A DNA stretch of 42,002 nucleotides from Gammaproteobacteria bacterium (GTDB lineage Bacteria; Pseudomonadota; Gammaproteobacteria; QZLD01), in contig QZLD01000142.1 of NCBI GenBank assembly GCA_004796385.1, positions 1 to 42,002 on the forward strand, written 5' to 3'. Made by a program: the position numbers and the translations under genes. The stretch's first letter is position 1. Every line of letters begins with the position of its first letter. Under the pieces are notes generated by a model that was given only the letters and a program-made list of their open reading frames with translations, was not told the DNA's origin and ran no database searches. This document shows, in pieces, positions 19,414 through 28,465 of this stretch.

Positions 19414-20802
19414 TCAGTAAATTATAGTTGTGCCAACAGAAAAAATCATTTCTTTATATTCTACGACGTCTTCTTTTCCATCACGAATCTGTTTGCTTGC
19501 CTGCAAATACGCCGTAGATTTTTTGCCTATATTTCTATCCACACCAATTGTAAGCATTGAAAGATCGTCCAATCTTTCGTCAAATGACTCACACAATCTA
19601 CTCCAGTTACCATTAATCCTAAAAGTAGTTTTTCCTGAATAACTGTATTTCCAGGTAAGATTAAAACTATACAGTTTTTCTGTAAGTTCCTTATGTCGGT
19701 AACGTCTGATATCCCGCCCTGTTCCAATTAAAAAATAGTTTTTACGTCCATTCAATACATAATTAGCTGCCAGTTTTTCTTGTATAAAGGTATCGTTTTC
19801 TATTCTGAAAAGGTCTGAAATATCGCCAATATAATTTTCTACATCCACTGCAGTATCTACAGCAAGAGCTGTTACTTGCGTTAAAGCTTCTGAATAGTAA
19901 ATATTAAGTGAGCTGTTTTTTCTTGTGTGTTTAAAATCGAATGAGTAGACTGAACCATAAACCCTATTTCCGCTACTTACCTGCAAATATGTTCTCTTTG
20001 TTGGAAACCATTTAAAACCTACTTCATTAGTTTCATCTTTTTGTGTTGGATAATCAGAAGGTGCTCTGAATGTTTCCTTTTCCACTCCACCTTCAGCAAA
20101 CACTACAAATCTATTAAACAGTGGATATGATAGATATAGTGTATCTCTTTGCAGCTGCGATCGTTCTATATTTCTTATATGCGTTTTATCGTAATAACTG
20201 CTTATCTTCCAGTTAAAACGATCAATACCTGCATGTGACCCAATAACCAAATTAGCGCCTCTGCGCTCTGTATCCTGCCTTCCCGGATCATAAAGATCAA
20301 AACCAAACCATGTATATAGATTAACTTCTACATTTCTGGAAATTCTGCGATAAAATCTCGGTTCGGCAAGAAGACTAAATACATTTATTGTGCTGTCTTC
20401 ATCATGATAGCCATCAAAAGCTATTGCACCTGAAGGATCATCAATAATCTGCTCATTCTTGATTTTTAAATTAATAAAAAGTGTATCGTCAATCGGTTCT
20501 GTAATAATATTTGAGAAAAGAGAATGACTTACATATTCATGAAAATCCGCCTCATGGTAAATTCTTGAAAAGAAAGAGTAATTAAGTTCAATACTGTTTT
20601 TTCTTCCTGCCATCTTTAAATTAATAAAGGGCTCTATGGATGTGTAAAAGTCCGATTTGATGTTATTGTCTCTTCTGTAAATATTATCGGAATATGAAAA
20701 CTTTGTCTCAACGCCATAACCGATTTCGGACTTTGCTGCCTGAGCATGAACCGATATAAGCATAATAAGAGAAAATAAGAATTTTTTTGTAGCACTATTC
20801 AC
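19414..20802 (-). CDS. Outer-membrane beta-barrel protein, PEP-CTERM system-associated (TIGR03016-like)
   Basis: Signal peptide (AQA), YSDNI motif, alternating aromatic beta-strand pattern, terminal aromatic residue; usual position upstream of the ATPase. Confidence 0.75.
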   Translation of the reverse strand: MNSATKKFLFSLIMLISVHAQAAKSEIGYGVETKFSYSDNIYRRDNNIKSDFYTSIEPFINLKMAGRKNSIELNYSFFSRIYHEADFHEYVSHSLFSNIITEPIDDTLFINLKIKNEQIIDDPSGAIAFDGYHDEDSTINVFSLLAEPRFYRRISRNVEVNLYTWFGFDLYDPGRQDTERRGANLVIGSHAGIDRFNWKISSYYDKTHIRNIERSQLQRDTLYLSYPLFNRFVVFAEGGVEKETFRAPSDYPTQKDETNEVGFKWFPTKRTYLQVSSGNRVYGSVYSFDFKHTRKNSSLNIYYSEALTQVTALAVDTAVDVENYIGDISDLFRIENDTFIQEKLAANYVLNGRKNYFLIGTGRDIRRYRHKELTEKLYSFNLTWKYSYSGKTTFRINGNWSRLCESFDERLDDLSMLTIGVDRNIGKKSTAYLQASKQIRDGKEDVVEYKEMIFSVGTTIIY

Positions 20803-20925
20803 TGAAGATCCTGCGTTTTATTAACAGTAATTTAGAAAAGCAATTTTCCACGCAGGCGATAATAACATATGGGTTATATAGCCGATACTATATTTTCCTG
20901 CTAAAACAGAAATCATTGTGTTAAG

Positions 20926-23900
20926 TCAATATAGCTGGCTTATTAAATCTCTTGCTCTGCTAAAATCGAAGTTCAGCGTCGCGCGCATTGCTTCATCAAG
21001 TATTTCGCTTTCCTCTTCCGAACAGTTTTTCAGCAATATATCAATAATTTCCCGTGATTCCAGGTTATTATCCTCAAGAGATTGTTTCAGTTTTTTCAAA
21101 TACTCTCTCTTTTCTGTTTGCGATAAAGTCCTTACAGGATCATCAGTTTCCATTTTTGTGACATCTGTTATTGATTCTAATGATTTAAGCACTATATTAA
21201 GGCCACTTGAAAATGTTTCCAATAGCTGTTTAAATTCCTCAATATTAGCTTCATTGCTATTTTCTTTAATATATTTTTCCAGTTCAGCAGCTGCAACCAT
21301 TAACTCACCTGCGCCAAGACTACCAGCTATTCCCTTTATACTATGTACTAGCCTTCTTGCAGAAACCGGATCAATATCATATTGCTGCTCAACCTGTGCT
21401 GCGGCATCACTATAATCATCCAGAAAAGCGCTTACCATTTTAAGGTAAATCTTTTTATTTCCGGCAAGTGCCGATAGCGCATCATCAATATCAATTCCTG
21501 ATAATTTCTCCGGCAGTTGTATTATGCCTTCAGTTTGTTTTTTCAGATAACGGCCATCTCTGTTGGGATCTATATCAAGAAGAGAAAATACTGTAGAGAA
21601 AAAACAGTTCACATCAATTGGTTTTGTAATAAAATCATTCATCCTGTGGTGCAAACATTTCTCTCTTACCCCTTTCATTGCGTTGGCAGTCATGGCAACT
21701 ATCGGTAATTCGTTCTTACTGAATTTTTTCCTGATATTGTCTGTCGCTTCATAACCGTTCATTTCAGGCATTTGAATATCCATAAGAATAAGGTCAAAAC
21801 GTTTTACTTTGGTTATTTCTACAGCTTCGCGACCATTACCTGCAATATCAAGATCTGGATAACCTTCCAAAAGATCGCATATTAATTCCTGATTAAGAAG
21901 ATTATCTTCAACAAGTAGTATGTGTTTTCCTGTAAGAAGTTCTGGAGTATAGTTTGTTGAGACTACCGAGAACTCTGTTTCTTCAGATTCGCCCCCTCCA
22001 ATAGCTAAACTCAGCGCAGAAAGTAATTGGGGCCATCTTACAGGTTTATATAAAAATGAATCTATTCCAGTATTATATGCTGCCTTTTGAATCTCATCAC
22101 TACCATGCCCTGTCATTAAAATTGTTGCTGGTGGTGATTCCCAGTTTTTTATTTCATTGATAAATTCTATTCCGTCTTTCCCCGGCATCATCCAATCAAC
22201 AATAACAAAATCATATTTATTGCATTTTAATAACTTCTCTGCTTTTTCAGCGGAATATGCCTGATCAACATTCATTTCCGATTCTGTTAGCATGTCTGCA
22301 AGCACCTGAGTACTATAAACATTATCATCGACAACTAAAACAGATCTGTTTGTAAGGTTTTCCGACCTGATATTTCTTTTTCCGCTTTGCCCCTTACCAA
22401 CATTAATGCTAAACGAAAAACAGCTTCCCTTATTTACCTCACTTTTAACAGCAATCCTCCCCCCCATTAGCTCTACCAAATGCTTGCATATTGCCAGACC
22501 TAAACCTGTACCTCCAAATTTTCTGGTAGTTGATTCGTCTGCCTGTGAAAACGACTGAAATAACTTATTTAAGCCTTCCTCTTCAATGCCTATTCCTGTA
22601 TCTGCTACTTCAAAATCCAGAATTAACTGATCGTCAGATATACTTGCTTCAGAAACTTTTACACTAAGCCTGACAACTCCTTTATCTGTAAACTTTATCG
22701 CATTGGTAATAAGGTTTATCAAAATCTGTGACAATCTGAGTGAATCCCCAATAACATTTGGAGGAACCTCTGGAGAGACGTTAATTACAAACTCCAGATC
22801 TTTTTCTAATATCTTTGCAGAAAATAGTTCAGCAACATTATCCATAACTGTATCTATAGAAAATTCTGCTTTTTCCAGCTTAAGCTTCCCCGCTTCTATC
22901 TTGGAAAAATCAAGAATATCGTTAATGATTCCCAATAAAGTCTGGGATGATATAAGTATTTTATGAAGATATTTTTTTACTTTTCCCGAATCGACACACG
23001 ATTTTATTGCCAGCTCAGAAAAACCTATGATTGCATTCATTGGTGTTCTTATTTCATGGCTCATATTTGCAAGAAAAGAACTTTTGGCATTTGCAGATGC
23101 TTCTGCTCTCTCCTTCTCTCTTAATACTTTTTCTCTCTCTTTTCTATCGGTAATATCAACTACCGAACCTTCATAATATCGTGGTATTCCGTTTTTATCT
23201 CTTATAAGACGAGCTGAACATGAGGCCCAGCCTACTGTCGAGTCTTTTCTTAAAAACTGCATTTCATAACTGTTAACCCGATCATTTTCAGCCATTATTC
23301 TGTTGTAATTTATTCTGTCTTCATCCTTGTAATAAAATAATTTATCCGGATCATAGCGGTTACCTATCAATTCATCAGATGAATCAAATCTAAGTATATC
23401 CACTAACGCTCTATTCACACTTAAAAAACGCCCTTCCAATGAAAAACGAAATAGTCCTTCTGCGGCATTTTCAAAAACATCCTGATAATGTTTCAGGTGC
23501 TCCAGTGATTGAGACTGGGCATAATCTTTTTCTGCTCTTTCAGCATTTATTTTATCCGCCAATGCAAATGAGAAGAATACAACCTCTGCAATAGCACCAA
23601 AAAGTCCTGAGTGACCGGTAAAGTAGTTATATGGCAATAACCCTCTGGCCATAAGTACATAGATCAGGATTCCCAATAAAAAGCACATACACGCCAAGGT
23701 ATATATCTTGGCGGTTCTCATACCTTTCATTATGCCGAGAATCCCTGTAACAAAGGTGGTAAATGAAGTTAATACAACAAAAATAGAAAAGAATCTGATT
23801 GTGATTTCATATGGAACTATAAAAACAGAAATAGCCAAACATGCAGATAGTGTCTGCATAAATATTAAAAACTTATCATATTTTTGAAAATTTTCTTTTG

Positions 23901-24747
23901 TCTTTAAAAGAACTCGTGCAAAAGAGACAAGAAAGAACCCGAATATTCCTCCCCAAAGTATTATCGCGTAGTTAGCCATCCACGGATTACCCGGCCATAA
24001 ATAGTGGAAAGAAACTCCTTCAAGAGAAAGTTGCAGTATTACAAATGAAAGGGAGTACATAACATAGTGAATGTATGTTTTATCATTTATGCTTAAATAC
24101 AGAAACAGGTTATACAGAACCATTACCATTACTGCACCGATACAGATTCCAAATAGCATCTGAAATGCCTGATCCGATTCCAGAAATGCCATTTGATCCC
24201 ACAAAACCATGGATATTCTTAAACTTCCACTGGTTTTAATACGGATATAAATTACTTCTGTTGTTTCCGGTTTTGCTTCAAGCGGATATAGAAAATTTGT
24301 ATGCAGTATGGGGCGAAATTCAAATGGTTTATTATCGCCCATATTTACCTGATCATAATCACCTGAGTTATCTTTGGAGTAAAACCTGATATCATCTATA
24401 AGTGGGTAAAATACTTCCAGAAGTAGGTTTTTATTTTCCAAAATTAATTTTGGCTTATATGTATATTCCAACTTTATCCAATAGGCTGTTTTTGTAAAAC
24501 CCATATTGGGCAAATCAAATTCACTTTGAACAAACCTCTTTTGATTTTCGGGCTTTAATATGTCTCCGATTGTCATTTCACCATTCTGATCAGCTAAATA
24601 CTGTATATGTTTTCCAAGAACTTCTTTGCGTAATCCTTCATCAAAAGTCATTGCTTTAACTGTATTGGAATAGCTCCCCACTGCCACGACAATTATTAAG
24701 AACAATAGACAACTTATATTTACTTTATTTTTTTTAGTGATAAACAT
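20926..24747 (-). CDS. Hybrid sensor histidine kinase (7TMR-DISM extracellular + 7TM, PAS, HisKA, HATPase, 2x REC, HPt)
   Basis: N-terminal DISM-type motifs (NMGFTKTAYWIKL, RPILHTNFLYP, LYNLFLYLS..DK.YIHY); FLANMSHEIRTPMN; RKFGGTGLGLAI; IVDWMMP; LMDIQMP; HPt VHSIKGIAGSLGA. Confidence 0.93.
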   Translation of the reverse strand: MFITKKNKVNISCLLFLIIVVAVGSYSNTVKAMTFDEGLRKEVLGKHIQYLADQNGEMTIGDILKPENQKRFVQSEFDLPNMGFTKTAYWIKLEYTYKPKLILENKNLLLEVFYPLIDDIRFYSKDNSGDYDQVNMGDNKPFEFRPILHTNFLYPLEAKPETTEVIYIRIKTSGSLRISMVLWDQMAFLESDQAFQMLFGICIGAVMVMVLYNLFLYLSINDKTYIHYVMYSLSFVILQLSLEGVSFHYLWPGNPWMANYAIILWGGIFGFFLVSFARVLLKTKENFQKYDKFLIFMQTLSACLAISVFIVPYEITIRFFSIFVVLTSFTTFVTGILGIMKGMRTAKIYTLACMCFLLGILIYVLMARGLLPYNYFTGHSGLFGAIAEVVFFSFALADKINAERAEKDYAQSQSLEHLKHYQDVFENAAEGLFRFSLEGRFLSVNRALVDILRFDSSDELIGNRYDPDKLFYYKDEDRINYNRIMAENDRVNSYEMQFLRKDSTVGWASCSARLIRDKNGIPRYYEGSVVDITDRKEREKVLREKERAEASANAKSSFLANMSHEIRTPMNAIIGFSELAIKSCVDSGKVKKYLHKILISSQTLLGIINDILDFSKIEAGKLKLEKAEFSIDTVMDNVAELFSAKILEKDLEFVINVSPEVPPNVIGDSLRLSQILINLITNAIKFTDKGVVRLSVKVSEASISDDQLILDFEVADTGIGIEEEGLNKLFQSFSQADESTTRKFGGTGLGLAICKHLVELMGGRIAVKSEVNKGSCFSFSINVGKGQSGKRNIRSENLTNRSVLVVDDNVYSTQVLADMLTESEMNVDQAYSAEKAEKLLKCNKYDFVIVDWMMPGKDGIEFINEIKNWESPPATILMTGHGSDEIQKAAYNTGIDSFLYKPVRWPQLLSALSLAIGGGESEETEFSVVSTNYTPELLTGKHILLVEDNLLNQELICDLLEGYPDLDIAGNGREAVEITKVKRFDLILMDIQMPEMNGYEATDNIRKKFSKNELPIVAMTANAMKGVREKCLHHRMNDFITKPIDVNCFFSTVFSLLDIDPNRDGRYLKKQTEGIIQLPEKLSGIDIDDALSALAGNKKIYLKMVSAFLDDYSDAAAQVEQQYDIDPVSARRLVHSIKGIAGSLGAGELMVAAAELEKYIKENSNEANIEEFKQLLETFSSGLNIVLKSLESITDVTKMETDDPVRTLSQTEKREYLKKLKQSLEDNNLESREIIDILLKNCSEEESEILDEAMRATLNFDFSRARDLISQLY

Positions 24748-24756
24748 TTTTAAGTT

Positions 24757-25878
24757 CTAATCCACTGCCTCAAAAAGCTGTTTCAATATGTCATCGAATA
24801 TTTTTTCAAGCTCCATTCCTTTATCGTATGACTCAACTACATGTTTTCTACTATTTTCCAAAAGATTGTGCATCTGTGCCTCTTTCTCTGGTAAAAGGTC
24901 AAAAAACATTAGTTCTGCATCCATCTCCTTTATCAGATCTTCCATTGTTCTGTTGTTTTCTTCCTTGAGTCGCATAACCTCTTCATTTGCCTCTTCTATC
25001 GCTGAGTGTGTATCTTCTATTGCTCTACGCATTGCCAGCCTTTTATTTTCAATATCTCTTTCTATCTCCATTGCACATATTCTGGCATTGGCTCCATTCA
25101 ATAGCGGCGGCAGGTTATCCTTTATTCTTCCATATCGATCAGGTTCATCAATCGGCATATTCTTAACCAGAAGAGAAATTCTCTCGAAATTAACAAAGGT
25201 TCTGCTTCCAGCATCAAAAAATCGTCCTTTATTTTTGATTCTGCTTAATAATTCTGCTTCTAATGGTCTGGACTGACCATCGTGAGTAAGGTTTATTTCA
25301 TCATCATACAATCTTATCTGTACAGTGCAATTTAAACCCAAAGACTCTGTTGCTACAAATAACTCATTTACAAACTCATCATAATTTTTACATAAAATAA
25401 CCTTATCCAGAAACCCCATCACAACACCAAGCTCGCCAGCACTCGACATAGCTTGCATTGCCGTATTAAAAGCACTTTCATAATCACTCTTTAGACTTTT
25501 ATATTCTTCAACACCTGCAAGAAGAACGTCTATCTTCTTTTTCAGCTCCTCAAAAACCAACGGCTTTGTTATAAAATCATCACCTCCGGATTCATACCCC
25601 TTTAGCCTTTCATCCAGCATATCTTTTGCTGAAACAAATATTATTGGAATTCCACTATATAAATCGTGGTTTTTAACCCACTTACATACTTCGTAACCAT
25701 TCATCTCAGGCATTGCAATATCAAGAAGAATAATATCAGGAACATTTTGCGATATATCACTAATAAAACTTTTCCCACTGTCGTAGGTAAATATCTCATA
25801 GTCCTTTCTAAGGTATTCATCAAGAATAACGGTTCCTGTCTGTTCATCGTCCACAACCGCAATCTTTCCCATTTTCAC
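24757..25878 (-). CDS. Response regulator (REC plus uncharacterised output/coiled-coil region)
   Basis: IAVVDDE, ILLDIAMPEMNGYEVC, IPIIFVSA, GGDDFITKP; no recognisable DNA-binding or enzymatic output domain. Confidence 0.88.
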   Translation of the reverse strand: MKMGKIAVVDDEQTGTVILDEYLRKDYEIFTYDSGKSFISDISQNVPDIILLDIAMPEMNGYEVCKWVKNHDLYSGIPIIFVSAKDMLDERLKGYESGGDDFITKPLVFEELKKKIDVLLAGVEEYKSLKSDYESAFNTAMQAMSSAGELGVVMGFLDKVILCKNYDEFVNELFVATESLGLNCTVQIRLYDDEINLTHDGQSRPLEAELLSRIKNKGRFFDAGSRTFVNFERISLLVKNMPIDEPDRYGRIKDNLPPLLNGANARICAMEIERDIENKRLAMRRAIEDTHSAIEEANEEVMRLKEENNRTMEDLIKEMDAELMFFDLLPEKEAQMHNLLENSRKHVVESYDKGMELEKIFDDILKQLFEAVD

Positions 25879-25967
25879 ATCCCTTTGTCTTAATTTTACT
25901 ATTCCATAAAAAACTAGTTCAAACTGATAAATTTCTCTATATAAAATCCATTTACTTCACTTAATAC

Positions 25968-27836
25968 TTAATAAATCTGAGGAACATGTGGCAATTTAAC
26001 AGTAAATATCGCTCCACCTTCCGGGTTATTAGCTGCAAATATCTCTCCGCAATGTGCATTAACAATTTCCCTACTAATGGCCAACCCCAAACCGGTTCCG
26101 CCTATATGCCGTTTTTTCCCACTATTGGCCTGCATAAACTTTTCAAAAACTGATTCTATTTCACTCTTTTCCATTCCTATTCCATTGTCTATAACATCAA
26201 ACTGTATTGCAGGCACCGATTTTTCTTCATTTATTCCACAAATTTCTGCATTGCTGAATATTATTTCTATTTTTGAGTCTGTATCACTATATTTAATAGC
26301 ATTTGAAATAAGATTAGCTATAACTTGAGATACTCTTGTTCCATCTCCCAGAACAACTGTTGAAAAATCAGGCTGTTCGCATATTAATTCCATTCTTTTT
26401 TCTGTAATCATCCCCTGAAATTCATCAATTACTATGGTTGCTAAAGAATACAGTTCTATTTTATTAAAACTGTATTCCATCTTGCCTGCTTCCATTTTTG
26501 CAAAATCCAAAAGATCATTGAGAAGCCTTAATAATCGCTTTCCACTACTGTTTATTGTTGAAAAATATTTTCCGGCTTTATCTGCATCTATTATTTCCGC
26601 CTTTGCCACCCCTAATTCAGAGAAACTTAAAATACCATGAAGAGGTGTTCTTATTTCATGAGTGATACTTGCAAGAAAAGATGATTTTGCTCTATTTGCC
26701 TCTTCCGCCTTTTCTTTTGCATCAATCAATTCCTTTAGTTGATTGTTAACCATGTGCTCAAGTTTTTTGCTGTATTCTTCAAGATATTTCTCCGATTCCT
26801 TTCTTGCTGTTATATTTTGAAGAAAACCTTCAACTCCACAATATCTACCATCATTATCATAAAAACGAGATGCTGAAATACTAACAAACTGCCTCTCTCC
26901 ATTAGGGAGCTCAAGTTCAACATCAAAATCGGAAATATATCCATCACAAGACAATTTTTTTAACAGCTCTTCTCTTTGTTGCGGGTTAACATAAAAATCA
27001 GTTGCATTCCTGCCAACAAAATCATCAGGAGTTAATGATTCTGACAAGGCATTCACATAGTGAGATATATCAAGAATAATCCCCTTAGAGTCAGCCCGGT
27101 AATAAATATGCCTTACTTTTTCAACAAGAGTCCCTATGATTTGCTCTTTTTCTGAAACTTCTTTTTTCAGATTCACCGCTTCTGTTCGATCTGCTCCAAT
27201 ACAGAGAGTTACATTTTCGGAAGAACTTCCTTTATTAACAGGTAATAAAATCCAGTCGCAGAACTTTTCGGCTCCGGCAATAATAAACATATTTGAAGTT
27301 ATGTAGTTATCTCGTAATACCGTTTTGTCAGCATCTACTTTACTTGTCTGATTTTGCAGCAAATTGGTAAATTTCAGAAAGAAGTTTTCACCAACTACAT
27401 CCGCCTCTTCAACATTAAGCATTTCAAGAGATTTTTGGTTAGTTGCAATAATGCTCTGATTATTATCGAAAATTACTATTGGGTACGGTGAACTGGCAAT
27501 ATTAAAATCAAATATGGAAAGCTGGGAGGATGTCTCTTCAAATACAGTATTCTTTGATGAGGGACAACCTTCTTCACTACTCTCTTCACTAGAACATTCA
27601 GGCTTGTCTTTTAATAACAGAAAGTTTTTTTTATACAGATAATAGCTACTTAAAAAAAATGCTATTAAAATTGCCATGACTGTAATAACCAGAATATTTC
27701 TATTTGAAATAATTGATTTTAACTGGTCTATTTCAAAAAAGTATATAACAAATATATTCAGTATTAATGCTGCTAACATTTCAGAAAACACCAAAATTGC
27801 AACTATTCCTACTTTAAGCATCCTTACATCCTGCAT
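25968..27836 (-). CDS. Membrane-anchored PAS-domain sensor histidine kinase
   Basis: Two N-terminal TM segments, two PAS-like regions, FLASITHEIRTPLHGI, NLISNAIKY, DNGIG, GGTGLGLAI. Confidence 0.92.
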   Translation of the reverse strand: MQDVRMLKVGIVAILVFSEMLAALILNIFVIYFFEIDQLKSIISNRNILVITVMAILIAFFLSSYYLYKKNFLLLKDKPECSSEESSEEGCPSSKNTVFEETSSQLSIFDFNIASSPYPIVIFDNNQSIIATNQKSLEMLNVEEADVVGENFFLKFTNLLQNQTSKVDADKTVLRDNYITSNMFIIAGAEKFCDWILLPVNKGSSSENVTLCIGADRTEAVNLKKEVSEKEQIIGTLVEKVRHIYYRADSKGIILDISHYVNALSESLTPDDFVGRNATDFYVNPQQREELLKKLSCDGYISDFDVELELPNGERQFVSISASRFYDNDGRYCGVEGFLQNITARKESEKYLEEYSKKLEHMVNNQLKELIDAKEKAEEANRAKSSFLASITHEIRTPLHGILSFSELGVAKAEIIDADKAGKYFSTINSSGKRLLRLLNDLLDFAKMEAGKMEYSFNKIELYSLATIVIDEFQGMITEKRMELICEQPDFSTVVLGDGTRVSQVIANLISNAIKYSDTDSKIEIIFSNAEICGINEEKSVPAIQFDVIDNGIGMEKSEIESVFEKFMQANSGKKRHIGGTGLGLAISREIVNAHCGEIFAANNPEGGAIFTVKLPHVPQIY

Positions 27837-28005
27837 AATACCCCGTAATCTATGAATTATTGTAGTAATATCATTTTAGTAGAGAGCTGCATTTTTCCCA
27901 GATTTACTAACTGCATATATTTATAAAACGGTTCATTAATAAACACATCTTAGCTGACATAAAGTTTTAAACATCGACGGTTGCTTAAAAACCTGTGTGT
28001 TTAAA

Positions 28006-28446
28006 TCACTTATTTACAAGCATACCTTCTAATATTCGTGCTCCGCTTTCTACGAAAGAACTGCATTTCATGTTAAATAAATTATTATTTACTGCTATTT
28101 GCCTTCCTTCTTCTGTACTTAAATCGCAACCTAATAAAGAACTGCAATCAAAAAATTCATTTTGCCTTTTAAACTCTTCACAAAATTCATTAATACGTTC
28201 ATAAAGTTTGCTTCGCCCATCTCTGTTATTACAATCTTCACCACATGTTGCTATTCCCAAAACCATAATAGCTCCGGTAATAACACCGCAAGTTTCCGAT
28301 ATTTGCATTCCAGCAGCAAAACCTGCAGATAGTTTTAAGGCATCGGCTTCATTCAGATCATACTCATTACAAAAACAGGTAATAATTGCCTGAGAACAAG
28401 CATAACCGGAATCGAACCTCTCTTTTGCCAATTCACTCTTTATCAT
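28006..28446 (-). CDS. C-GCAxxG-C-C family putative redox protein
   Basis: F.SGYACSQA, GFAAGM, TCGVITGA, DC..LLG and final KC follow the family Cys spacing. Confidence 0.85.
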   Translation of the reverse strand: MIKSELAKERFDSGYACSQAIITCFCNEYDLNEADALKLSAGFAAGMQISETCGVITGAIMVLGIATCGEDCNNRDGRSKLYERINEFCEEFKRQNEFFDCSSLLGCDLSTEEGRQIAVNNNLFNMKCSSFVESGARILEGMLVNK

Positions 28447-28465
28447 ATTTTATTGCTAACCTTAT

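Noticed and set aside
20836-20856. Possible sigma54 site upstream of the barrel gene (TGCGTGGAAAATTGCT)
   Set aside because: It has the -12 TTGC but lacks the invariant GG at -24.
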